Below are positions 29,917-39,058 of a DNA stretch of 64,000 nucleotides, one piece after another. The position numbers were made by a program, and so were the translations under genes. Origin of the DNA: a virus (Duplodnaviria; Caudoviricetes); the IMG/VR virus record IMGVR_UViG_3300031760_000024, positions 1 through 64,000 of that record; one strand, given 5' to 3'. Within the stretch, counting starts at the first letter, position 1; the number at the start of each line of letters is the position of its first letter. The notes under the pieces were generated by a model. That model ran no database searches and had not been told where the DNA came from. It worked only from the letters and a program-made list of their open reading frames with translations.

Positions 29917-30013
29917 GGGATGACACTCCCCCGGCTCACTGCCCTTATTTGGCAGGACGTCGGTGACAACAATTGGGCGAGGAGTGCGGTACGGTGGAGA
30001 GGGGTAATCGTAC
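29917..30013. ncRNA. candidate GC-rich structured RNA after nrdD
   Basis: CACTCC/GGAGTG, GCTC/GGGC, CTGCC/GGCAG and GTACG/CGTAC helices in an AT-rich intergenic region. Confidence 0.45.
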
Positions 30014-30135
30014 AATTAATATCTGCTATATTTAGTTTTTGCAGAATATTATTGAAAACCACGCACATCGGCAAAAAGCCATACAAATTGACAATGTGCG
30101 TACCAAACATTTTGTAAATAGAGAGGAAAACATAA

Positions 30136-30469
30136 ATGACAATGAGTGAGATACAAGAGGAAATCGCAAAGCTTGAAGAAGAGCGATTTCAACTAGATTT
30201 AAAGGATGAATGGGAGTGGGAGGATGAACGCCGAGCTATCTACATTAGTCGGAAAATCCGACAATACTACACCATCATTAATGGCGGTGGTTACTATGGA
30301 CGGCATTAGTTGGTTAGTGTTGGTTATCATGGTTGTCATCATGATAGGTTCAGTACCACTGATCGAGTGGATATCTTTCAAGTGGTATCAGTATAAGTAC
30401 GGTGATGAAGACGCACGATTTTTGTGGATGAAAAACAAAAAGGACAAAAAGGAGAAGAAACATGAGTGA
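30136..30469 (+). CDS. two small ORFs (30136-30309; 30296-30469 with a TM helix)
   Basis: RBS GAGAGG; translated by hand. Confidence 0.5.
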
Positions 30470-31229
30470 TTATAAGGTAGCCATTGTTGGGCATGGTCAT
30501 GTCGGCGGGATAATGCACGAGTTATTCCCTGACGCAATTATCTATGACGAACCGAAAGGTATAGGAACGAGAGAAGAAGTGAATGAATGCGACTTTACAT
30601 TCGTATGTGTACCAACACCAAAGGCGGAAGATGGACACTGTGATACGAGTATTGTGGATGATGTATTGGATTGGATAAAGAGTGATGTGGTCATAATTCG
30701 CTCTACAGTACCAGTTGGATATACATTTTACAAACAATCCAAAGTACAGCCTCATCTTGTATTCCAGCCGGAGTACTACGGTGAAACAAAGAACCATCCA
30801 TTTGCCGATCCACATAACCGCAATTGGATAACACTTGGTGGTTTTCCAACTGGAACAAGTCGAGTAGCGAATCTGTATAAGACCGTATTCACTTCTGATG
30901 TATTCATTTACGAAATCACATCGGATGAAGCAGAAATGGCGAAGTATATGGAGAATTCCTTCTTCTCAACGAAAGTTACGTTCTGTAATCAGTTCTACGA
31001 TCTGTGTAAAAGATTTGGTATTAACTACGACAGAGTTCGTGAGGCTTGGTTATTAGACCCACGAATTGGGCGTTCCCATACATTTGTATACCCTGATAAC
31101 CGTGGCTACGGTGGATCATGTCTGCCAAAGGACACGGCTGCTATCATCTATCAGGGCGATGAAATGGGCGTGGATATGAAACTGTTGAAATCAGTAGAGG
31201 AAATAAACGGAGGATATCATAATGATTGA
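30462..31229 (+). CDS. UDP-glucose/GDP-mannose dehydrogenase family protein (no C-terminal domain)
   Basis: GHGHVG, CVPTP, RSTVPVG, PEY, EMAKY, GYGGSCLPKD. Confidence 0.88.
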   Translation: MSDYKVAIVGHGHVGGIMHELFPDAIIYDEPKGIGTREEVNECDFTFVCVPTPKAEDGHCDTSIVDDVLDWIKSDVVIIRSTVPVGYTFYKQSKVQPHLVFQPEYYGETKNHPFADPHNRNWITLGGFPTGTSRVANLYKTVFTSDVFIYEITSDEAEMAKYMENSFFSTKVTFCNQFYDLCKRFGINYDRVREAWLLDPRIGRSHTFVYPDNRGYGGSCLPKDTAAIIYQGDEMGVDMKLLKSVEEINGGYHND

Positions 31230-32100
31230 TAAGCGTATTTTTTACTGTTGGTTTGGTGGCGGAGAAATGTCCGACCTTAATAAGAAGTGTATGGAGTCAT
31301 GGAAGAAGTGGTGTCCTGACTACGAGATCGTAGAGATCAATGAATCCAACTTTGACTATCACATCACACCGTATGCAGAAGAAGCGTACGAGCATGGTAA
31401 CTGGTCATATGTCAGCAATGCTGCAAGACTTGAGTTTCTGAAACATAATAGTGGCATTTACCTTGACACTGATATCCAGTTGGTAAAGTCGCTTGATAGC
31501 TTGCTTGAGTATGACGATGGTTTCATTACAGAGTTTGAGTCAGGTCAGCCTGACTCTGGTATTCTTGGATGTTCAAGATGGCCGAAGTTTTACGATGAAG
31601 TATACAACCGTCTCGTGCCCGGAACAGTACTGCACAAGGAGTTTATTCAAGTAATGTATAGGGATTACAACATTCATGGTGAGAAAATCCTTAAGAACGA
31701 CGATGGATTTGTTGTACTTGGCGAAGAGTTTATACCTACTGTACGTACAGGATTGTTTACACCGAACACTATTGCCATCCATCACTTCGAGAACACATGG
31801 GTAAAACAGTGGCGTAATATTACTGATGGTTTCTACCCGTTCCCTCGGATCAAGGCTTATCTCGGTAACAAAGTGCTGCATGAGGATAAAGACCCAGAGG
31901 TTATCTTTATTTCCAAGAACCTGAAAAAGAAGTGGAGTGATGGTGACATGCTTGGTAAAATTAACTACTTTTTTAACCCGAAGGTTGTGCAGTTATCATG
32001 TAAAGATTTCGATGCACAGCGAATCGGATATGACAAGACGAAAGAAAAGCGCATGACTATCACACCGGGCGGTTTAATGGTTTGGTGGATTGCGGATTAG
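31222..32100 (+). CDS. glycosyltransferase (GT32/Och1-like, DxD)
   Basis: IFYCWFGG, SWKKWCPDYEI, SNAARL...GIYLDTD. Confidence 0.85.
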   Translation: MIDKRIFYCWFGGGEMSDLNKKCMESWKKWCPDYEIVEINESNFDYHITPYAEEAYEHGNWSYVSNAARLEFLKHNSGIYLDTDIQLVKSLDSLLEYDDGFITEFESGQPDSGILGCSRWPKFYDEVYNRLVPGTVLHKEFIQVMYRDYNIHGEKILKNDDGFVVLGEEFIPTVRTGLFTPNTIAIHHFENTWVKQWRNITDGFYPFPRIKAYLGNKVLHEDKDPEVIFISKNLKKKWSDGDMLGKINYFFNPKVVQLSCKDFDAQRIGYDKTKEKRMTITPGGLMVWWIAD

Positions 32101-32121
32101 AAATATTAGGAGGAAAAGGAA

Positions 32122-32634
32122 ATGTCAGAGACAAGATATGAGAGTGTACCAGTTGGTGATAATGTTTGTAAACAAGTACTTAAACAGAATGAGTGTTCCG
32201 TTCTTAAAGTAAAGCGAGTGAGTGACACGGCTATTCTCCCAACACGAGGATCGGAGAAAGCGGCAGGGATTGATTTGTATGCAGATATACATGAGCCGTT
32301 TATTACCATTGCTCCTCAACAGACAAAGGTGATTAGTAGTGGAATAGCATGTGAGTTTCCAGAAGGATACTGGGGAGCGTTAATTCCACGTAGTTCTACT
32401 GGCATTAAGAAAGGTTTGTCATTGGCGAATAATTTAGGGTGTATAGATGAGGACTTTAGAGGCCCTATTATGATGGCATTCTATAATCACACCGATCATA
32501 GTGTTATTATTGAGCGTGGTGAGAAAGTAGCACAACTAATATTGTTACCATATTATTTGTACGACGTTGTAGAAGTCGATGAATTATCAGAAACTAAACG
32601 TGGAGAAGGCGGCATTGGTAGCACTGGTAAATAA
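32122..32634 (+). CDS. dut: trimeric dUTPase
   Basis: AAGIDL, PRSS, GCIDEDFRG, AQL, RGEGGIGSTG. Confidence 0.95.
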   Translation: MSETRYESVPVGDNVCKQVLKQNECSVLKVKRVSDTAILPTRGSEKAAGIDLYADIHEPFITIAPQQTKVISSGIACEFPEGYWGALIPRSSTGIKKGLSLANNLGCIDEDFRGPIMMAFYNHTDHSVIIERGEKVAQLILLPYYLYDVVEVDELSETKRGEGGIGSTGK

Positions 32635-32682
32635 TACGCCTAAAATAATTGGCGTAAGATTATAGAAAGGAGTCGGATATGG

Positions 32683-32862
32683 ATGACCAATTACCTTAAA
32701 CCAAAGGACATCCAATCCATATTAGGCTTTAATATGAAGAAAATATACTCAATTATCAACAGACCTGACTTTCCAAAAACAAAAGTCGGAAGACAGTATA
32801 TCATTCCAGAGGATAAATTCTATGCCTATATGGAGACACGATGTTATAAAATTTTGTCTTGA
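32683..32862 (+). CDS. excisionase / HTH_17 recombination directionality factor (not in ORF track)
   Basis: MTNYLKPKDIQSILGFNMKKIYSIINRPDFPKTKVGRQYIIPEDKF. Confidence 0.75.
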   Translation: MTNYLKPKDIQSILGFNMKKIYSIINRPDFPKTKVGRQYIIPEDKFYAYMETRCYKILS

Positions 32863-32887
32863 CAGGGTTCATATGATTTGATAATAT
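32859..32887 (+). promoter_or_regulatory. sigma-A promoter pointing into the tRNA-Trp half
   Basis: TTGACA-17-TAATAT with TG extension. Confidence 0.65.
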
Positions 32888-33002
32888 ACCCTTTGTGGTT
32901 ACGGTAACAGACACCAAACAAATCTAAATCGGCTTAACCAATGGGCGTAAGCCTGACACAAATAGGCGTAACTACTTGCAAGCCCTTATAAAATAAGGGC
33001 AT

Positions 33003-33039
33003 AGGGGATTGGTCAAATGGTATGATAGGGGTCTCCAAA
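33003..33039 (+). other. attP identity block: 5' half of tRNA-Trp(CCA), tRNA positions 1-38
   Basis: AGGGGAT-TG-GTCA-AATGGTA-TGAT-A-GGGGT-CTCCAAA, after which the tRNA fold stops (no 3' anticodon stem, T-arm or acceptor). Confidence 0.8.
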
Positions 33040-33075
33040 TTAAACTCCAAGGATTTGTAATTAATATAAAAATAC

Positions 33076-33116
33076 ATCCGTAAGCACTTTATTTACAAAG
33101 GCTTGCGGATTTTTTT
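33076..33116 (+). terminator. intrinsic terminator between the att core and int
   Basis: ATCCGTAAGC / GCTTGCGGAT stem plus T-tract. Confidence 0.7.
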
Positions 33117-33220
33117 GTTTAGTATTGTTTAGGCGTAACTAACGGTATTTAGAGGTATCTAACGGTATCTATTCCAGCGTAATTAGGCGTAAATTAGTCG
33201 CACGAATAGGCGTAAGCCTG

Positions 33221-33250
33221 TTGACAACCGAATCTTGGCTGTGATATATT
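33221..33250 (+). promoter_or_regulatory. integrase promoter
   Basis: TTGACA-18-TATATT with TG extension, abutting the last arm repeat. Confidence 0.55.
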
Positions 33251-33273
33251 CCAACCAAGAGGAGGTGATTACT

Positions 33274-34434
33274 ATGAAGAAGCTTGCTAAATTACCAAGA
33301 GGAGAGGGTAGCTTTAATTACAGAGCAAACGGTTCTGTAGAATTCAAAAAATACGTCCATGTAGATAATGGCACAGTACGTCTTGTTGTGTATGGTAAAA
33401 CAGAACAGGAATGTATGGAGAAGATGCGTCAGAAGGAAGCGAAGGTTAAAGAGAAAAGTCATTTCGTTTCCACAGAGTTATTAGGAGAAGCTTTAATTGA
33501 GTGGGTAAACAAAGTTAAAAAGAATACACTTAAGAAACAATCTTATGACAGACTGATTGGAACAGCTAAACAGATCGGCAAAGCGGATATTGGTCATCAT
33601 TTTTACACTGATATTGGCATTGTAGAGCTTCAGGATTACATTCAAAGCCTTATTGACAAAAGATACTCATGGTCAACCATTAAGAAATCCTATGATATTT
33701 TAAGAGCGTTCTACCGTTATGCTTCAGCAAGAGATCAGTTTCGTGATCCGATGTTGTTGGTTGTTATGCCAAGACGAACCAATGTAAAGGTTGAAGCCAA
33801 GGAGATTCAATGGTTCGAGGAAGATGATATCAAGAAATTCACGGATGCATGTGAAGCAAGGTGGAATACAGGACGTCTCAAAAACAAATACTCATATGCA
33901 CTTGCGGCGAATATATATCTCGGTTTAAGAGGCGGAGAGTTGCTTGCTTTACAGTGGCAGGATATAGATTTTGATGCTGGAACTGTGTATATCTCTAAAA
34001 CACTTATTGAGTATAGAAAAGATGGCAAGACACACTTTGAGATTCAGGAATCTACGAAAAGAGACAAGAACAGATATGTACCAATGAATTCGAAAGCCAA
34101 AGATTTCTTGTTAAAACATAAAAAAGAATGCAAATTTACAGAACCTACAGACTATGTGGTATGTACAACTAACAGGAAAACGACAACACTCAAGAACATT
34201 TCTGATATGATCCGCAACATAGAAGAAGAGGCTGGTACAAAAGTAAGAGCATATAACTCACATATTCTCCGTCATACTTGTGCATCACTATATTTCAAGA
34301 AGGGTGTCCCCATCGAAACCATCTGCGCAATCCTAGGTAATACCAGAGAAGTATGCGAGAAAACCTATATTCATTTCGCAGAAGAACAACTCAAGAATGC
34401 TGCATCAAGGATTATTCCTGCAATAGAATTGTAA
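33274..34434 (+). CDS. int: tyrosine integrase
   Basis: GLRGGELLAL, HILRHT, LGN, TYIH; RBS AGGAGGTG. Confidence 0.93.
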   Translation: MKKLAKLPRGEGSFNYRANGSVEFKKYVHVDNGTVRLVVYGKTEQECMEKMRQKEAKVKEKSHFVSTELLGEALIEWVNKVKKNTLKKQSYDRLIGTAKQIGKADIGHHFYTDIGIVELQDYIQSLIDKRYSWSTIKKSYDILRAFYRYASARDQFRDPMLLVVMPRRTNVKVEAKEIQWFEEDDIKKFTDACEARWNTGRLKNKYSYALAANIYLGLRGGELLALQWQDIDFDAGTVYISKTLIEYRKDGKTHFEIQESTKRDKNRYVPMNSKAKDFLLKHKKECKFTEPTDYVVCTTNRKTTTLKNISDMIRNIEEEAGTKVRAYNSHILRHTCASLYFKKGVPIETICAILGNTREVCEKTYIHFAEEQLKNAASRIIPAIEL

Positions 34435-34444
34435 TCACAGCACC

Positions 34445-34492
34445 AAAAAAAGCCCAAGAGGACTCATTCCCCTTGGGCTATATTATTTTTTT
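34445..34492. terminator. bidirectional terminator between convergent int and lysin
   Basis: A-run, AGCCCAAG/CTTGGGCT stem, T-run. Confidence 0.75.
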
Positions 34493-34540
34493 GCCAATAA
34501 AAAACGCGCATCTATCTTGGCACAGACATCTTGACACAGA

Positions 34541-35773
34541 CTAATCTACCAAATATCCTTCACTGTCGAAGGTATATTCTTTACCGTCAATAATTACGGT
34601 CTCGTTCTTCGCATACCATCCGGTATCATCTCCGAACCACCATTTCTTGGTGCCGTCCACTTCTTTCTCATGCCAAGCACCTACGTGCAGGTAAGTGAAC
34701 TTGCCAGTCTTTCCGATCCAGTAGTAGCCACGTTTCTCGCCACCACCAACCGGGAAGTCATGAATCCACTCACTTTCAACCATGTCGCCATTCTTGTGGA
34801 AGTAATATGTAGCCTTACCTACCTCTTTCCAACCAACAGCCATAGAACCGTCGTTGTTGAGATAGTACCACTCGCCTTTCCACTTCTGCCAACCAGTCTG
34901 CATCAGACCGCTTCCTTTGAAGAAGTACCACTTGTCATCAATGTACTGCCATCCAGTAACCATAGCGCCTGACTCATCCATGTAGTACCACTTGTTTCCT
35001 TCGTGTACCCATCCAGTCTTCATGACGCCATCCGTGTCAAAGAAGTACCATTTCTTTTTGATCTTCTTCCATCCGGTAACGTATTCACCGTTAACGTAGA
35101 AGTACCAATTACCGTTCTCGTATACCCAGCCAGCTTTCTGGAGCAGAGCAGCAACGTCGTTGCGTACATCTTCCATGTTCTTGCCGATAATCTTCGGAAA
35201 CCAATCGTATATATCGTCGTGGCCGCTCCCCAGGCCGAGCAAATAGGCATCCCAATGGCATAAGATCGTAGGTACTTTAATACCTTTGTAATCAATAAAA
35301 CCGTGCGGATCTATGTCATATCTTTCACACAGCCATGCGGTCATCTTAACAGCTTCATCGTATGCTTTCTGCGCATATTCGGGATCCTTCTTACTATCCT
35401 CTGCGATCTCCCACTGAATGTGCGTATCATTCAGCGAACCTTTCTTTCCAGCGCCACATCCCCAAGGACGCCAATCCCACGGGCCAGTCTGGGTTGTGCC
35501 GACAGAACCATCATCAAAACAGCCAACCCAAGAATTAAGTCCTGCCTGTTTGGTGGTATGATTCCAATCGTTTCCATACTTGTTTTTACCAAGTTTAGCA
35601 ATCTTTTCGTCATAGTTAGCATCCCCGGCATACGGCTGTACATATCTCTTGAGCCACTTGTTATCTGCTCCCGTATCATGCCAGAGAATACCCAACGGCT
35701 TAAATGGTCTGGTCTTGCCATACCAAGTAGAGTGCGTCATAAAGCACTCAAACGGTTTCCAATCTAAAGCCAT
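34541..35773 (-). CDS. endolysin: N-acetylmuramoyl-L-alanine amidase + cell-wall (choline-binding-like) repeats
   Basis: ILWHDTG, WEIAE, HWD, HDD; many GWxKIxxKWYYF repeats. Confidence 0.9.
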   Translation of the reverse strand: MALDWKPFECFMTHSTWYGKTRPFKPLGILWHDTGADNKWLKRYVQPYAGDANYDEKIAKLGKNKYGNDWNHTTKQAGLNSWVGCFDDGSVGTTQTGPWDWRPWGCGAGKKGSLNDTHIQWEIAEDSKKDPEYAQKAYDEAVKMTAWLCERYDIDPHGFIDYKGIKVPTILCHWDAYLLGLGSGHDDIYDWFPKIIGKNMEDVRNDVAALLQKAGWVYENGNWYFYVNGEYVTGWKKIKKKWYFFDTDGVMKTGWVHEGNKWYYMDESGAMVTGWQYIDDKWYFFKGSGLMQTGWQKWKGEWYYLNNDGSMAVGWKEVGKATYYFHKNGDMVESEWIHDFPVGGGEKRGYYWIGKTGKFTYLHVGAWHEKEVDGTKKWWFGDDTGWYAKNETVIIDGKEYTFDSEGYLVD

Positions 35774-35831
35774 ATTTATTCCTCCTTCTTATCCTAAAAA
35801 AGAAGAGGAGAGTAGTTGACTCTCCTCTTGT

Positions 35832-36578
35832 TTATGGTTTACAATTTGTGATTATGTAATTCAGCGCAGCGTTTGTGTGATTTGTTAACCGAATAGTTGA
35901 AACCCCAATTTCTTCAAAATGTTGTTCTACTGATACATCCATATCATTGTTCTTTGTTATGTATGTGATTCCGCCCCACTGATCAAAAATAGCATATGTC
36001 GGTGTTGCCGACGTATCAGCTCTCGACATTATCACAGTTCCACATCTTCCATCAAAGTCATATATAGAGTCCATCGTAGAATTATAGGCTAATGCTCCAT
36101 ACTGCACCTCAAATTTAGCAGCACTTGGAACTCCGTTATTGAAGTATACAGGCTGGTACGAATTGCCTACATTACCAGACGACAGTTGAGAAGCAGTAGT
36201 AGCACTTACAGCATTCGCTACGTTGTTAACGGTTACTTCCTGAATATCGCCAGTAGACGGCGTTAGTGTGAGAGTAGCGTCTTCTCCTGTCAGCGTGTAT
36301 GTGGTATTCGTAACCGCATTAATCATGTCGCTCGTCTTCTTAGAACTCCACACCTCATCAGTAGCAGTGCGGTTGTCATTAATAACCACTTCTTTCACAG
36401 GATCGACTTCTTCATCCCAATCATCAATGTAAGCACCACGGTTCACATAGTTAGTCAACGGTTCGTTCTCAGGAAGCTCTACGGTATCAGCAGATACCCA
36501 CGGTGATACTCTTTTGTAATCACCGTTGTCATCTACCTTGTGCAGTTTAACTGCATCATATCCACTTAAAATCGACAT
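35832..36578 (-). CDS. tail-associated protein
   Basis: Position in the tail cluster; Thr/Ser-rich fibre-like segments. Confidence 0.55.
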   Translation of the reverse strand: MSILSGYDAVKLHKVDDNGDYKRVSPWVSADTVELPENEPLTNYVNRGAYIDDWDEEVDPVKEVVINDNRTATDEVWSSKKTSDMINAVTNTTYTLTGEDATLTLTPSTGDIQEVTVNNVANAVSATTASQLSSGNVGNSYQPVYFNNGVPSAAKFEVQYGALAYNSTMDSIYDFDGRCGTVIMSRADTSATPTYAIFDQWGGITYITKNNDMDVSVEQHFEEIGVSTIRLTNHTNAALNYIITNCKP

Positions 36579-36605
36579 TTGGTCATATCACCTCCTTAAA
36601 GCATC

Positions 36606-38114
36606 TTACGATATTGTCAGGGGATTACGATCAATCACAACTCTAATAAGGCCATCTATATTTGTTATATGAGACTCGTCTTCTGAATTACACCATACTC
36701 CAACAGCCAATGGTGCACCATAATAGCTATTTACACCAACGTGCAAATGAGTACCTTTTGTATATTGCTGAGGTGTTTTATCGGTAACCGCAAATTCAAG
36801 TGTGTGTCCATATCCCCAACTACCACTACCATAGGCTGATCGTCCAAAATATGATTCATACACACAATAGTCAACGTTATCATACTTATAAGTTATATAG
36901 TATGTGACCATAATACTCTGGTTATAATCAAGATCGCCACCTATATCAACAGACCCTAAACCAGTTACATAAATCGTTTTTTCATATGTATCACCTAACG
37001 CAGACTTGATCAAATCCAAAATCGGTTGCTCACCCTGCGTGATATACTCCACCTCCATATCCCCCGTACTGCTCTCTATGTGGTTGTAGCCGGAGAGAGA
37101 TTTGATAGGTAGGTTGGTGGGGGTGACGGATGAGGTTGTGGGGGTGGCGAGTTCGTAAGCAAGCATTACACCATCAACCGCATTCGCGAAATCTGTAGCC
37201 TCTGTAAATCGGGTGTCTTTGAAATAGATTTCTCTGTAATTGTCTCTTGACTTATAGTAAGCCATGAATGAACAATCGGGCTTAGTAACGAGATCGGGAG
37301 TACCTGTCATCGTTGTTCCGACATAATTATATGCGGAGCTTAACATGATAACATTGGAGACAAATTTATAATCCGGCAAAGTCGCATAGAATGTTCCTGT
37401 GATTGTACTTGACTTATTCCATGTCAAATCTCCCATATCAATGACGGTCATATCACTCGTCACTTCCCCCTTCACCACATCCTCACTCCCTCTATATATA
37501 GCAGAGGGGTAGGTGGTGGTGTGGGTGGTTCTTACATAAGGCTCGTAGTCATGTGGTGTTTCACCTTTTTCTACCATTACGTTATCAATGTTTTCTGTTC
37601 TAAAATCGAACCTTAAATATTTTGCATTTGCAGGGCTTTCTCGTGTTGTAAAACTTGAATTTCCACTAATATATGTTTTACTGCTGTCATAAAAAGCAAC
37701 GGCACAAGTAGATGTCTGTGGAATCGTTAGAGTGTATTTTGTTAATGGTTCAATTTCAATATAATCTGACAAACTCCATGACGTTGTTAAATAAGGATCT
37801 CCTGTATTCGGATTCAATGCTTTGCCTGTTAAAATGTCTGGATCATTTTTATCAAACAGATTCTTCCCCCTCACCTCAATCTCCCCCTCCGTATATGCCA
37901 CGATAGGACGGATATTATCGGGTGAGGGTGTACCCGTGCCGCTCTGATATCCCATGATCTGTGTCACGCACTTCACAAGCGGCGCATCTGCTCCGTCTGT
38001 AAATTCTAAAACTCTAGAACCAGTTTCGCTTGTTGCTGTTCTTGTTGGGTCTGCTTGTATGTCATATATTTCATCATCAGGCATGAGCTTAATTTGTTTT
38101 ATTGTTTCATTCAT
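36606..38114 (-). CDS. tail fibre / receptor-binding-like protein
   Basis: GTGTPSPDNIRPI, VRGKNLFD, carbohydrate-binding-like segment; tail context. Confidence 0.6.
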   Translation of the reverse strand: MNETIKQIKLMPDDEIYDIQADPTRTATSETGSRVLEFTDGADAPLVKCVTQIMGYQSGTGTPSPDNIRPIVAYTEGEIEVRGKNLFDKNDPDILTGKALNPNTGDPYLTTSWSLSDYIEIEPLTKYTLTIPQTSTCAVAFYDSSKTYISGNSSFTTRESPANAKYLRFDFRTENIDNVMVEKGETPHDYEPYVRTTHTTTYPSAIYRGSEDVVKGEVTSDMTVIDMGDLTWNKSSTITGTFYATLPDYKFVSNVIMLSSAYNYVGTTMTGTPDLVTKPDCSFMAYYKSRDNYREIYFKDTRFTEATDFANAVDGVMLAYELATPTTSSVTPTNLPIKSLSGYNHIESSTGDMEVEYITQGEQPILDLIKSALGDTYEKTIYVTGLGSVDIGGDLDYNQSIMVTYYITYKYDNVDYCVYESYFGRSAYGSGSWGYGHTLEFAVTDKTPQQYTKGTHLHVGVNSYYGAPLAVGVWCNSEDESHITNIDGLIRVVIDRNPLTIS

Positions 38115-39055
38115 GAATCTACCTCCTTTTCATAATTAAAATATGGATACTCGGAGTTATCAGGTGGATACCATTCAGGATGAGTCTGCGGAGAAATTAA
38201 AAATTCATCGGACATAAGCCGATGAATCGTTAGTTTATCACGCTCCTTAAATGGGATTCTTTTCATTGGTATATTATGCTCCCAAGCCCATTTATTCTTA
38301 AATAGATCATGACTATGTGTTTTAAGATAATGATCCTCTGTATCCCATCCAACACCTCGATAATCAAAATGTTGCTTTCCATCGAATTCAATAATACAAG
38401 GATCATCATGAATATAAAAATCAAAAAAGCCGTAGTATCCAGTATCAGGAAACTTACAGCTTTCAAAGGTTTTATTATTAGTATATGTAATATTATTTTC
38501 TTTTAATAATCTCTTAATATGGATTTCGCCAATAGATACACCCATACATCCGCATGATCGAGTATGTTCGTTGCGGAGATTCCCACCGCTAACTTCTATC
38601 ATACTACCACAACTACATTCACATAAAAACATGTGTTTATTATTTATGTATTTTGTGTGTTGGATAACTGTTAATTCACCGAAAGTTTTACCAATCATTG
38701 TATTTACATAATGATTTTTACAAGCAATAGATTTACTATTTCTTAAGACAGAAGATGTATATTTGCATTCTTCTCCGCAACTACATTTACATAACCATAT
38801 GGATCTACGCTTACTATCATTTCCAATCTTTTTTAGTATAGTTAATTCTCCAAGCTTTTGCCCTGTTAAATCAAAACCGCCGTGTTTACCGCAACTTTTT
38901 GTATGACCGTTTTTTAAATCACGCCCAATAACAACCACATGATTCCCACAATCACACACACATTCCCAACATGCGCGTTTAAGATTATTTTCAACTCTAC
39001 GCAAGACAACCAATTTCCCGAACCGCTGTCCTGTTAAATCTATCAGCTTGCTCAT
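38111..39055 (-). CDS. free-standing putative homing endonuclease (3x CxC..SCG repeats + PD-(D/E)XK-like C-terminus)
   Basis: DLTGQRFGKL...WECVCDCG...SCG three times; FDFY...IEFDGKQH. Confidence 0.75.
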   Translation of the reverse strand: MSKLIDLTGQRFGKLVVLRRVENNLKRACWECVCDCGNHVVVIGRDLKNGHTKSCGKHGGFDLTGQKLGELTILKKIGNDSKRRSIWLCKCSCGEECKYTSSVLRNSKSIACKNHYVNTMIGKTFGELTVIQHTKYINNKHMFLCECSCGSMIEVSGGNLRNEHTRSCGCMGVSIGEIHIKRLLKENNITYTNNKTFESCKFPDTGYYGFFDFYIHDDPCIIEFDGKQHFDYRGVGWDTEDHYLKTHSHDLFKNKWAWEHNIPMKRIPFKERDKLTIHRLMSDEFLISPQTHPEWYPPDNSEYPYFNYEKEVDS

Positions 39056-39058
39056 ACA

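Larger units (their letters stand above)
32635..33220. repeat. attP arm-type repeats GGCGTAA
   Basis: GGCGTAA at 32651, 32944, 32965, 33132, 33186, 33209; GGCGTAAGCCTG twice; inverted GGCGTA at 32635. Confidence 0.8.

Noticed and set aside
29985-30006. Group II intron domain V similarity (GTACGGT..AGAGGGG); HDV-like TCCTCGC on the - strand
   Set aside because: The pairing 5' strand of domain V and the HDV P1/P3 helices could not be built
33003-33075. Complete tRNA-Trp gene
   Set aside because: No 3' anticodon stem, T-arm or acceptor 3' strand; treated as the attP block
32635-33220. CRISPR array from GGCGTAA repeats (also considered for 39521-39601)
   Set aside because: Repeats are too short, spacing is irregular or spacers are only 12 bp, and no cas genes are present
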